A DNA stretch of 63,966 nucleotides, counting the filler, from Reticulomyxa filosa (taxonomy: Eukaryota; Protista; Foraminifera), in NCBI GenBank assembly GCA_000512085.1. It is 17 parts of 17 records of this genome, joined end to end, with 100 filler letters (N's around TTAATTAATTAA, not from the genome) between each part and the next. Parts side by side here need not be neighbours in the genome. Positions count along the whole stretch, not along the records: positions 6,423 to 13,398 come from ASPP01019971.1; positions 13,499 to 21,043 come from ASPP01027582.1; positions 21,144 to 22,316 come from ASPP01011036.1; positions 22,417 to 36,181 come from ASPP01005444.1; 13 more parts are not named here. One strand, written 5' to 3'. Numbering within the stretch: the first letter of the stretch is position 1; every line of letters starts with the position of its first letter. This document shows positions 12,164 through 22,851 of the stretch, piece by piece. A model generated the notes under the pieces. That model searched no databases, was not told the DNA's origin, and was given only the letters and a program-made list of their open reading frames with translations. Made by a program: the position numbers and the translations under genes.

Positions 12164-13321
12164 TTGAAACTCAATGACAGTGCAGTCATCGGGAGATGGA
12201 CCGGACTGCTAATCATACTGGTAAATGGACTCAACGCAGGTGAGGTCAAAATATGAGAGTCTTGCGGTAGTATGAGTGTATTGGATACGTCACTGCCCTT
12301 AGCCTGAAGTGATGCAAGCATTCCATTGGCATTCGTTTTTCCGACAAACACATCGGAATTGATTATATTCGGACTGGTCCCCAGCGTTTTCCCGGCTGTT
12401 ATTGTTTGCAGTGGAATGGACTTAAGCAGCATCGTATTGTTAATCGCTTTGTTTGTTGGTATCTCCGTGGCGGTGTGCGGCACTGCATGCACGCTCTCAG
12501 GAGCAGGAGTGTGTGTGCGAACAGAAGAATTTGAAGGTGTGTTTACAACAATGCGAGGTTTAACATTCGATGACAATTGAACTTTTGTTTTTTCCCCGCC
12601 CCCCCCGCCCCGCCAGGTGTAATTGTTTAGATTTTTGTAATTGTGTTAGGTACCCCAAACATATACTTTTTTTTCTTTCCTCTTCCCTTTTTTTACTTCC
12701 CTTTCTGCCTCCCTTCCCCCCTTCTAGCACACCTGAATCATCGTCCGATTCTTGTGTGAGTGGAGTCGTCTCGGCAGACAACTGTTCCTTTTCGTCAATG
12801 CTTGGGCCGTGGACTTGCAAGTCATTGGCGACATCACTCGATTTGGTGGAACGGGTAGACGACAGGACTGTTCGTACCTCTTTGAGCCCGTGAGTAGTGG
12901 TAGAATTGGTATCGCTGACAAACTTTTCGGGAGGGGTGAACATGTATCGCAACGACTGTACTTGCAACTGGATTTTGTTATCTTCCATCACTTCGGCCAC
13001 CACGACTCTCAGCAAATAGTCTTGGCTTTCCGCCAATACCAACGTATGTTTCATCAGTGGTGCGGACTGCTGCATTGGATCATACGTGGAAAGAGGGATT
13101 TCAAAGTTGGAATCGTGGCAAGTCACTTTTATCTGGGATGCGTTCTGAGCACTGTTGGACGAAGTAGAATGTGTGCCATTGCTATCGCCATTGTCATAAG
13201 ATGCCAAGTCCGATGCTTTGTTGTTCAACAATGGAATTTTCAACTCACACACAATGCGACCACGCCGAATCGGAACACGGATTTTTTTTATGTCGTCATT
13301 TGGGATTACCACGGCATATTC
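9687..13321 (-). CDS. Pumilio/PUF-family RNA-binding protein with long low-complexity N-terminal region (5' partial at gap)
   Basis: Exons joined in phase: 13321-12733, 12581-12171, 12054-10912, 10817-9877, and a last exon ending TAA at 9687. Eight PUF repeats, including NQYGNYVVQ, QKFSSNVVEK and DKYGNYCLQ. Confidence 0.92.
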
Positions 13322-13895
13322 CTTGTTCGAACTTTTTTTTTTGTTTGTTTTATTTTGTTTTGTTTTAATGTTAATAATAAGAATAAGAATAAGAATAANN
13401 NNNNNNNNNNNNNNNNNNNNNNNNNNNNNNNNNNNNNNNNNNTTAATTAATTAANNNNNNNNNNNNNNNNNNNNNNNNNNNNNNNNNNNNNNNNNNNNTA
13501 TGCTACAAAGAAACTTTGGTACCTTCTTTTTGAAACTTTACTTTTCTTGTTTTTTGATTAGTTCTATTATTTAATTTATTTTATTTTTGAAATACACTTA
13601 AGTAAAAATTAGGGTGACAAAAATGATATAATTTGAATTATACAAATAGCGATCGTCAATTAATAAACAATAAACTCTCTGTGCTAATCAAAAAATCCAC
13701 AGATTGCAATTTTTACTTTTTTTTGGACAATTGAATTTGAAATATGGATTTGGACAATGTCTACTGCTTTAAACTTTGGTTCCAAGTAAACACAACGTCC
13801 CACAGTGGAGGAACGATTTATTCGTTCTTTTAAAAAAATTTTTCTTGGTGCAAAGAGTGTCACGAAACAGAAAATTGACTAATCACAAGTGACAA

Positions 13896-14591
13896 TGAGG
13901 AAGAAGGCTGGCAGAAAAGTCTCGACACTACTTGGAAGATTGAACAGCAATTACAAAATCAGAGTGAATTTGCAAAAAGGACAATGGCTGCTCAAAAGAC
14001 TGAAGAACAAGAAGAATAGTTACAACTTTTTGAAAATTTATTTTTAACATAGTATGATGGGTTTGGTTTTTGAATGGCGGATAAAACAATTTGATGTTGG
14101 TGAAAACAGTTAGGGTATTTCAGTCTGGAGTTTCGGCATTCATCAACTGTCGAACTCGGAGCGATGTACTAAGTTGTATAGATAGTCTGGAACAAGCTGT
14201 GAATCAATCGTCTCGTGAGTATTTTGCTGGCGTTAGAAGGAAAATTCAGGTTGGAAATGCTTCACAAAGGGAAGAGCAAAAAGAAGAAGAGAAAAAAGAA
14301 GAAGGCAAGAAGGAGCAAAAAGAAGAAGGGCAAGAAGAAGAAGAAGAAATAGAAGCAAACAATGAACAACCAAATCCTGATCACCCCAATGCTCAGATAG
14401 TTATAGAGGCAGTGAACGAAACCCATCAGATTATACGATTATTGCAATATATTCAAGGGATCGTTTTAGATGTTTTGGAGACATGTTGGAACAACATTAA
14501 AGAATGTGCTTCCAACATGTGCTCTGCAGTGGCAAGTGGAATGAAATGGTTTGTTCGCAGTATTTCTGCTTGGTTCAAAATTATTGTATAA
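13896..14591 (+). CDS. Hypothetical protein with E/K-rich linker and amphipathic C-terminus
   Basis: ORF 14091-14591 plus an upstream exon (MRKKAGRK...KNKKN) joined by A|gttaca...aaacag|TT. The start site is uncertain. Confidence 0.5.
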
Positions 14592-15440
14592 TTATTTAGC
14601 AAAATGTATTAAATCGATTGTAAGTTTATTTATTACTTGAGGTGATGCAAGTATTTACCTTCCCCTTTTTTTGTTATCAATAAGGTTTAGAGTCCGTCAA
14701 TTTTATATTTCTCAAATCGTGTCAACGTCCAGTAGTTTACAATTTAGTTTAACAAAGCGACTTTATAGTGCTTCAAACAAAATCGTGAGCGATTTGCTTT
14801 TGCCATACGTCCACGCAAAAGAATGTCGATTTAGTTCAAATCCCCTTTAGCACTGCGGTAATCTTTATAACAGGGAAAAAAAGGGCTTTTTTTGGTTGTA
14901 AAGAAAGTTTCTTTGGATAATATTCCAAGATAAATGATTCTTTAGACTCATTTGATAACGTTGAGGATTTGTAACGTGCAGTATACATTTGTTTGTAAAA
15001 CAAACTTAGAAATGTGTTTTTTGCAAATATCTGCTCCATTTACTGAAATGTTGCACATTTCCGTTATGAGGTAGAGCGTCTCATTTTTGTTTTCTTTTTT
15101 TTTTCTTTGAGAATCCCAAAATCATCTCATCAAAAAAATTTAAAAGCGTCACCAAAAAAAAGCACACACAACTTTTTGTTTGCTTTATTTTCTTATGCAA
15201 ACTTTTTTTTCTTTCATCAAAAAAAGTGCATGAGTGCTTTTTTTTTTTCCGATGAGGAAGAGAAAAAGAGTTAGCAATGATAGAGTGTCAAAAAGAAATT
15301 GATGGAATTGGATTCAAAGACAAACAATTTCAAGTGAACTATACGTAACCTTGCACTTATGGCCAACTTTTAACAAAAATTTTTTTTTGGTGGAAACCTG
15401 ACCGAGTTTCAAAAACCCACAAGAAGAACAACGCAAAAAA

Positions 15441-16472
15441 ATGTTGTTAAATACGTCTAAATCGGGTTTTGATTCTGAGCCTTGGTTTATGGCGGTGGTG
15501 GTAACGAGTTTTCTGTGTAGTGTATATTGCCTGTTTTTGCTGTTTGTGACTTGGCGTTACTTATGGACGGAACGACCACCGCGAGTTCCGAGTGAGTCAA
15601 TAATAAGGAGACAATCGCAATCGACAGTCATTAGGCTTGAGGCCGACAGTGCGACAATATCAGAAGTAAGAAAAGAGAGGAACCAGACCGTTAAAATCGA
15701 TAAAAAAATTAAGTGGGTTGTAACATTGTATGTGCTAAGTAATTATTTGATATGCATTGGCAGTACGTGTGAACGTCTATTATATGCAATGCCCTTCTTC
15801 CCTGGCAAAGGATGTCAAGCCACGTTATACGTGTCCTATGTTCGAGTACTTGCAGACGGACTTTTTTTTCTGTTTTATTTGGTCCGTGCAACCATTCTGC
15901 TTGAACACAGTGTGTATCAAATACCAAAGAAGCAGCAATATTTCCTTAGTATTGTACCAATGATCACTTACGGCGGTCTATTTGTCGCATTCAATTTACG
16001 CTTGCAAGTGCATGGGTGTCATTTTGCTGACCTCACGTCCACCATTTTGGTTATTTTGCTATGTGCTTGCCATTTGTTTTGGAATGCTGCCTTATTGTAT
16101 TTCTTGACCTATCATATCCAACAAGTTTTGTGTAATGAAAGCATTTATGTCAATAAAGTGATTCTTTCTTTATTTTTTATTTTTTATTTTTTATTTATTT
16201 CAATTGAAAATGAACAGTTGAGAAAAAGCGAATTGTTTCTCGACAAAGAGTTGCAAGAGATATTGAAAAAATACTTGGAAAAGTTGCTGCGATTGTCAAT
16301 TGCAGGTGCAATAGTCACCTTTGCGATGTATGCCCTTGCTATGGCTATCCCCTTGACAGAGGCCGTGTGGATTGTTATTTATATTGAATGCTGTGTCACA
16401 TGTTCCACTGTTCTCTTGTCCTTTCCCTTTGCCGAATCGGTTTATCGTCTTCTTTGTTTGTGTTCAATGTAG
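15441..16472 (+). CDS. Seven-transmembrane GPCR-like protein
   Basis: About 7 hydrophobic helices, Cys before TM3 (KGCQ), TM3 end FYLVRATILLEHSVY, and C-terminal Y.LLC.C helix-8-like motif. Contains an in-frame intron at ~16125-16218 (gttttg...gaacag). Confidence 0.7.
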   Translation: MLLNTSKSGFDSEPWFMAVVVTSFLCSVYCLFLLFVTWRYLWTERPPRVPSESIIRRQSQSTVIRLEADSATISEVRKERNQTVKIDKKIKWVVTLYVLSNYLICIGSTCERLLYAMPFFPGKGCQATLYVSYVRVLADGLFFLFYLVRATILLEHSVYQIPKKQQYFLSIVPMITYGGLFVAFNLRLQVHGCHFADLTSTILVILLCACHLFWNAALLYFLTYHIQQVLCNESIYVNKVILSLFFIFYFLFISIENEQLRKSELFLDKELQEILKKYLEKLLRLSIAGAIVTFAMYALAMAIPLTEAVWIVIYIECCVTCSTVLLSFPFAESVYRLLCLCSM

Positions 16473-18214
16473 TTTGCTTTTTTGCTCACTGGTTTTTTTT
16501 TGGTTATTAGTTTTTTGTGTTTATTTCGATAAATATTTCTTGGTTTGGTTTTGTTTTGTTTTGTTGTACAATCTCGAAATTATTGTTTGTGGTCATTTAT
16601 TCTAGCATATATTGCCAAAAGAAGCAAAAGGTAATATAATTACCACATTTGTTTCAAAAAGAAAGACCAACTCCATAAAAGATAAAAACTCTTTTCACTC
16701 CTTATTTCTCCAAATCTAAAACATACAAAAAATTTTCTATGCACATGTCTACAAAGGATTTTTTTTGGGGATACTGAAAAAAAAAAAAAGCGAATTTGGA
16801 AAGACAGGCTTTGCTGTCATAAAATACTTCAATAATAAGCCGTGTTGCACGATATCATATACATAAATGTATATAATTTTTTGTTTGTAAGTTAGTTTTA
16901 GAAACGAAAACGTTTAAAATACGTATACTTAAAATATGTTATTTTAGAATTAGTGCATAAAAAAACATGCGAAACTGAAATGATGGATAATTTAGCCTTT
17001 GAAATGCTCTTCTTTTTTTAACAAGAATAAGACAACACATTGCATTATGTGACCCCCCCCCCCATGATCATTTGCAACATTCAGATACGTAGTATACTGG
17101 TTTATTTAGAAAAAGCAGTTTCTTGTTTAGGCCTCATTAACTGGCTCTTGAAGTTTTTTTCACTCATTGCTCATTATAATTTTGCTTTTCCAAATAAAAA
17201 AATAAGCTCTTCTTTTGTTTAATACCAAACAAGGCAAAAGTGAAAGCAAAGGAGAGTAAATATTGCCTTTTTAATATAGACTTTGTTTAACAGTTATTTG
17301 TGCCGTGTATATTTTTGCTTTTCTTTGGTCTTTTCGTTTACATTTTTCAGATGTATATAAAAAGTTTTGTAAAAGCATTAACAGAAATACGTAGACTTCG
17401 CATTGAATATTGAAAAAAAATGAACGGACGTCATATGAAACCTATAATAAACATAATTCCCCAAAAGAATAACAACTAATCGTACGTCAGTTTTCAATGC
17501 CAAAATTATTGTTTAAAGATATTAATTCAATCAAGTTCTCTCTTCATGCATATAATAGAATTTTGTGTATGCTGTCATAAGCATGTTTGCAACGATTCAA
17601 AGAATAATTGCGATTTTATAGATGCACTCGTACAAGTTTTTGTGTTAATTACAAAGCAGAGCAAAGGCTGTCTTTGAATCTTTCTTCGGGCATACATAAA
17701 TGCAAGACTTAAAGAAGTTTGCTAACATTGATTTATATGTGAATTGTTCCACTTATGTTGGTAGACATTCACGAATGAACTATTTTTTGTATAAAAGCCA
17801 CGAAAGGAGGAAAGGGACATTTTTTGAACGAGACTTTTTGTTGTTTAAAAAAACTTCTTACTTTTTTATTTCTAAATGAACTCAAAAACTTGTAGCCCTG
17901 ACAACTGTCGAAACTGGAAAAGATCGTTTTATTCTTTGCTCTTTTACCAATTTTGTGTTGCCGAGCTCAACGTGACCAAAAAAATAAATTAGATGGACAT
18001 TGTGTAGTAAAAATAATAAATAGTGAATATATTATCTTTTGATGGACAAGGCAGAGGTATGCATAGAAATACATTTATAGATCATAGCGATAATATAATT
18101 GAAGTTATATTTCATACAAGCAATTATTTATTGTACTTATTCTTTAGATAAAATAATTATATTTGGAATATACAATAGTAAACAATAAGACACTGTGCAA
18201 CATGTCATCTTTTG

Positions 18215-18531
18215 ACACTAAAATGGCACCGTATGACGAATCTTCAGTTATTTTAAAATTTATTTCATTTTTTTCTACAATTTTTTGTCAATTACAAACA
18301 TTTTTATCATTTTCTACAACATTAATATTGTGTTTTATTAATGTTTGTAATTTTTTTTGTTTTTGGCTACTTTTGTAGTGTTTTACATTTTTTTGAATTT
18401 TTTGAAAGATTTTGACTTTTGCTTTTATTATTTGTTTTATTTTTTTATTGTTAGATATTTTTAAAAATTTTGAAAAAACGTTGATTTTTGACTTAGGAAA
18501 TCGATTATCTTCAAAGGTGCCATTTTAGTGT
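18215..18531. mobile_element. Putative MITE / non-autonomous DNA transposon with 16-bp perfect inverted repeats
   Basis: ACACTAAAATGGCACC (18215-18230) and its reverse complement GGTGCCATTTTAGTGT (18516-18531) flank a non-coding, strongly T-rich interior. No clear target-site duplication seen. Confidence 0.6.
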
Positions 18532-18689
18532 GTAAGTACTTTTGTCACTATGTATATGCACAAACTAAGGTCTTTCTAGTTAAAAGAGCACATCGTTCTA
18601 AGAAATAGAACATAGTACTCAAAAAGGAACACAAAATAAAAGAAAGACACAAAACCTTAATAAAAATAATAAAGAAAAACAATAAAGTT

Positions 18690-19130
18690 ATTTCAATTTA
18701 AATTGAGATTTGTCTTGAAGAAACTTGAAATTTGTTCAAATCTTTCTTGGTATCGATCACAAATTTGGCTACTATCTTTACAATGTTGATCTGGTTTCCA
18801 CAACCGATAACCAATGATGAATTGTTAACAATACATTAACGTCTGGAAGCAATTCTTGCACTTTTTGATACTTGTTTATTACTAATCTCAGTCCAACGTT
18901 TAGTCTAGCTTTCTGGCATCGTAGGCCACTTGTTGTCGATTGTTTTCACCATCAGACATTCGTTTCCTGCTTGTTATTCCACTTGATATCCCTTCACTCA
19001 TTTGTTTTTTTAATTCTATTATTTGTTCCTGATAGCTACCCGTTTTACTTGTTATACTTTGCATTCCATCTTTTGAATCCGTTGACTCTTTCCATTTGCA
19101 AATTTGTTTCTATATTTGATATCATATTCA
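18690..19130 (-). mobile_element. Possible 3'-terminal relic of a non-LTR retrotransposon ORF
   Basis: Broken minus-strand reading ...SLVIGCGNQINIVKIVAKFVIDTKK resembles the C-terminal L.G......V..F...T.R tail of RT-RNase H LINE ORFs. Many stops; low certainty. Confidence 0.35.
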
Positions 19131-19136
19131 AAAAAC

Positions 19137-19905
19137 TATCTTACCAAACAAAAAAGTTTAAAATTAATTATGCTGACTAATATTAAAGTATTTAAAAGGC
19201 ATTATAGGAAAATACTGTAACGAATTTATAAAGGGAAGAGCTGTGCAAATGCTTTTGGATGGAAAGTCTATGCAAAAAGTAGCAAAACACTTCAAGGTCG
19301 GCGTGATGACTGTCCAAAATTGGGAAAAAGCGTTTCAAACAAACAAGAATATCAACAGAAAGCATATATCAGGAAGAAAATATATTTAGTGTAAAATCGC
19401 GAGAAGTGTGAAACTGCAAAGGACATACAAAGAGAACTAGAAAAACTGACAGCATACTAGATCTCTTCGAAAAATTTGATGTGTTGCTACGTAGCTGCAC
19501 AAACAACGATTGGCATTTGCAAAGGCAGACAAGCACTGGACTATTGCAGACTGGGCAAAAGTAATGTTCTCAGATGAAACTTGGTGAATTTGCATGACAT
19601 TGATAGCATTATGTACGCTTAGAAACGCTCTGGAAGCTCTCTTGAATCGCGTACAATGGTCAAGTATCTTGGTGATATGAGTGTGACAATTCGGTCATGT
19701 TTTGAGGCGTGCAAATTCGATGGAGGGTCAACTCCACGATGTATCAAGAGATATTGGGAGATGAAATGCTGAAAAGTGTGGAATCATGCATTGGAGATCC
19801 TGAGGATTGGCTGTTTCAACAAGATAACGCATCCTGCCACAAATCAACTATGAATTGGCTTCAAGAAAATAGCATAAAAGTGATGGCCAATAGTCCAAAT
19901 AGATT
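19137..19905 (+). mobile_element. Degenerate Tc1/mariner (DDE) transposase pseudogene
   Basis: Manual translation gives an HTH (KGRAVQMLLDGKSMQKVAKHFKVGVMTVQNW...SGRK), then RLAFAK..KHWTIADWAKVMFSDET (first D, ~19561), then VNSTMYQEIL...WLFQQDNASCHKS..NWL (second D), then ANSP, truncated before the DLNPIE motif. Frameshifted. Confidence 0.88.
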
Positions 19906-20054
19906 ATTTTTTCTCTACAGTTTGATATAGATTTAATACAAAAATTTTGTTAAAAAAAAAAGCATACGTAATAAAATTGAATGTATATCCTTTCAAATAA
20001 ATGCAAGAGATAAGATAGTACAACATAGAGGAAAGATAGTCTGTCATTTGTTCT

Positions 20055-21043
20055 ATGTATCACAAAATTATTTTAGCTCTTTTCAATAAAATATACAAGT
20101 CAAATACTAAAAAGAACCTTTTTTTTGGGTATACGGTATGGAAAAAGAACCACGAAACAAAGAAAGATGAATTCTTTTGTTGGAAAGGAAAATTATCACC
20201 ACTGTCCAAAGCCTACATTCATGCAGATGATCTCAATATACCAGATGTCCTCCATATAAAACATGCAAACACGTACAAGCCTCCATCAATTGGAAAAAAG
20301 AAGACACCACATTCAATAAAGTATCCTTTTGCATATGGACAAGAACCAACACAGTAAGAAATATCAGCATCAATCCACAATGACACTATTGTAATTTGGA
20401 GTAATTGAAGCACATTTCAAAACCCAGGTTATGGTGGAGTTGGATTAGTAGTCCAAGATTATGATACTCCAATCGGATAGAAATTGAACATCTAATCAAA
20501 GATACAATTACAAATATCGAATGCGAAATTGAAGGTCTGAAAAAGGTAATTGAATACTCAATAGAAAAATACATAGGCAAACGCAAAAGAGTTGTGTTCT
20601 AAGTGACTGCAAAGTTGTAGTTAATGCAATACTAAACAAAGTGCATACAGATACGAAAATCAAATACAGAAATGCCATGATATTTTCCATTCCCTTGGAG
20701 AACAAGACATACCAGAGATATACTGGATCAAGGGACATTTCGGAATTCCAGGTAATGAAAAAGCTGATAAACTGGCAAAAAATGTAATGAAAAAAGCTGA
20801 AAACAATCTATCAGAATTAAGTCAGATTTTAAACAGGAAAAAAGTATTACTTAACATTACATGACTGGCTACATCATACGCGATGGAATGGAACAGTCAC
20901 TGGATAAATGAAGGTTCATAAAAGAAAAGACACAAACATCAGAAACAAGTTTTGATGAATTTAATCGAAGCGCAGTCGTTTGAAAAGATTGTACTCCACG
21001 ATTACAAGCACATGAAAGAAAAATTATATTTAGACTAATAACA
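20055..21043 (+). mobile_element. Degenerate non-LTR retrotransposon fragment (RNase H domain)
   Basis: RNase H motifs ECEIEGL, SDCKVVVNAI and IYWIKGHFGIPGNEKADKLAK (~20718-20780). Interrupted by stops and frameshifts. Confidence 0.82.
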
Positions 21044-21143
21044 NNNNNNNNNNNNNNNNNNNNNNNNNNNNNNNNNNNNNNNNNNNNTTAATTAATTAAN
21101 NNNNNNNNNNNNNNNNNNNNNNNNNNNNNNNNNNNNNNNNNNN

Positions 21144-21183
<40 letters not shown>

Positions 21184-22305
21184 GTAACCCATGCTGAATT
21201 CTTTTCCTAAATGGCGAATCAACATGTCAACGCAATGAGAATCCGCCAAAATATATTCGAGAGTCATGCCCAGACGCGATTGATTGGCAGAAGGTCTTGT
21301 GGACAAGTCTAGTGTCCCAACTTTTTTTGGTTTGGTAAAAATCCAAACGGGGTAATGTAGACATCCACAACAGCGTCGGCACCTGTTCATGCACTTTTTT
21401 ACGTTTGCGACCATCGGGGATTCAGAATCGTAGTCTTCGTCGTAGACAATCGAGTCTTGGGTTACCCTGCCGTTCTGCGATTGGACGCACTCATTGTAAT
21501 AAATGATCATCGAGGTTTGGATCACACAAACAAACACGATTGCAAATGCGCAATACAAGCATTGAATCGTGACAATGAATATGTAGTAGTGGTGCAGTGT
21601 TGGCAATGTGCCTATGTACGACGCCAAAATTATCACCTCCGTTGCCGCAGAAACCACACCAATTTGGACTAGTTGTTCCCGAAAGTAAAAGTTATCGGCA
21701 AACAACATTGCAGACTTGTGCATGCGGTGGGCAATTACTATTGGCACCAGCGCTAACACTGCAAATCCCCCCCCCCATACCACACCAACCAAGTACAGTT
21801 TAGTACAATTTGCACACAACACAAACAATAGTGTTATTATCTTCACTACGTATACCACCAAAACATACATACAAAAAATCGTAACTCAACCAAATAAAAT
21901 TGAAAATAGGTGATGTAATTTGAAGAATGCCACATTTATTATAGCACGTATACATTCTATTGTTGGAATTGAATATTGTTTTTTTTTTTTTTTTTTTTGA
22001 AGTTATGTCATCTATTTTCAGCGTAATACGTATACAAAATGAACCTTTTTGTCTCCTCCTTTCCTTCTCTTCCTCCCTCCCCTCCTATCTTTCACGAAAC
22101 AACGCTTCAAATGCAATGGTTGAGGCGCAGATCAGGCACACAGAGAAAATGATAAATCTCTGTTTAACGAACGTTGGATTCCCCCATGTTTGATACTCGC
22201 GAATGTAAAAATTTTTTTGGGCTTCTTCATCGTTTGAGCCATCAATGATCGATTTCCATTCATTTAAGAAGGTGTGATACGTATGTAGTACCCGAAAGTG
22301 ACCTT
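21144..22305 (-). CDS. Transmembrane protein with start of an RGS domain (TM-RGS), partial at both ends
   Basis: Several TM helices followed by LEYILADSHCVDMLIRHLGKEFSM, which matches the RGS helix 3-4 consensus L..IL......F..FL.KEFS.E. The upstream exon reads NEWKSIIDG...NFYIREYQTWGNP. Confidence 0.7.
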
Positions 22306-22430
22306 TTCCCCCCCCCNNNNNNNNNNNNNNNNNNNNNNNNNNNNNNNNNNNNNNNNNNNNTTAATTAATTAANNNNNNNNNNNNNNNNNNNNNNNNNNNN
22401 NNNNNNNNNNNNNNNNGAATATGTGAAAAG

Positions 22431-22673
22431 TTATTTTTTTTTTTTTTTTTTCGACTTTAATACCAAGCAATGATATTCAATACGATTATTAGATGGTAAG
22501 TAATCAAGTTTAATAAATTGAAATATATTTAAATCAAATACATTAATACTATTTTTACATGTGATAAATAATAAATTATTGTTGCTTCCATCAATCACTG
22601 CACGTAACTCTTGACAAATATCTTTCTCTTCCAATTGTGCTTGAAAAGTTTTGTAATAATATATTTTTTGCAA
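22431..22673 (-). pseudogene. Fragment of an expanded Kelch-like beta-propeller family
   Basis: RAVIDGSNNNLLFIT...INVFDLNIFQFIKLDYLPSNNRIEYHCLV resembles, from memory, the highly expanded Kelch-like family of Reticulomyxa filosa. Isolated fragment without a credible start. Confidence 0.6.
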
Positions 22674-22851
22674 ACTTAAAGTTAATTTCTTATAAATTTG
22701 TCATATCCCAAATCTTAAATCATTAAAATAGTTTTCAAAAAAGATTAACATTGTTTTGTGCTGAACATCGATCATCAAATGAGATAGTACTTATATTACT
22801 TAAGAACTACAATAAAAGAATATCAAAGCAAGACAAACATTTCAATGCATC

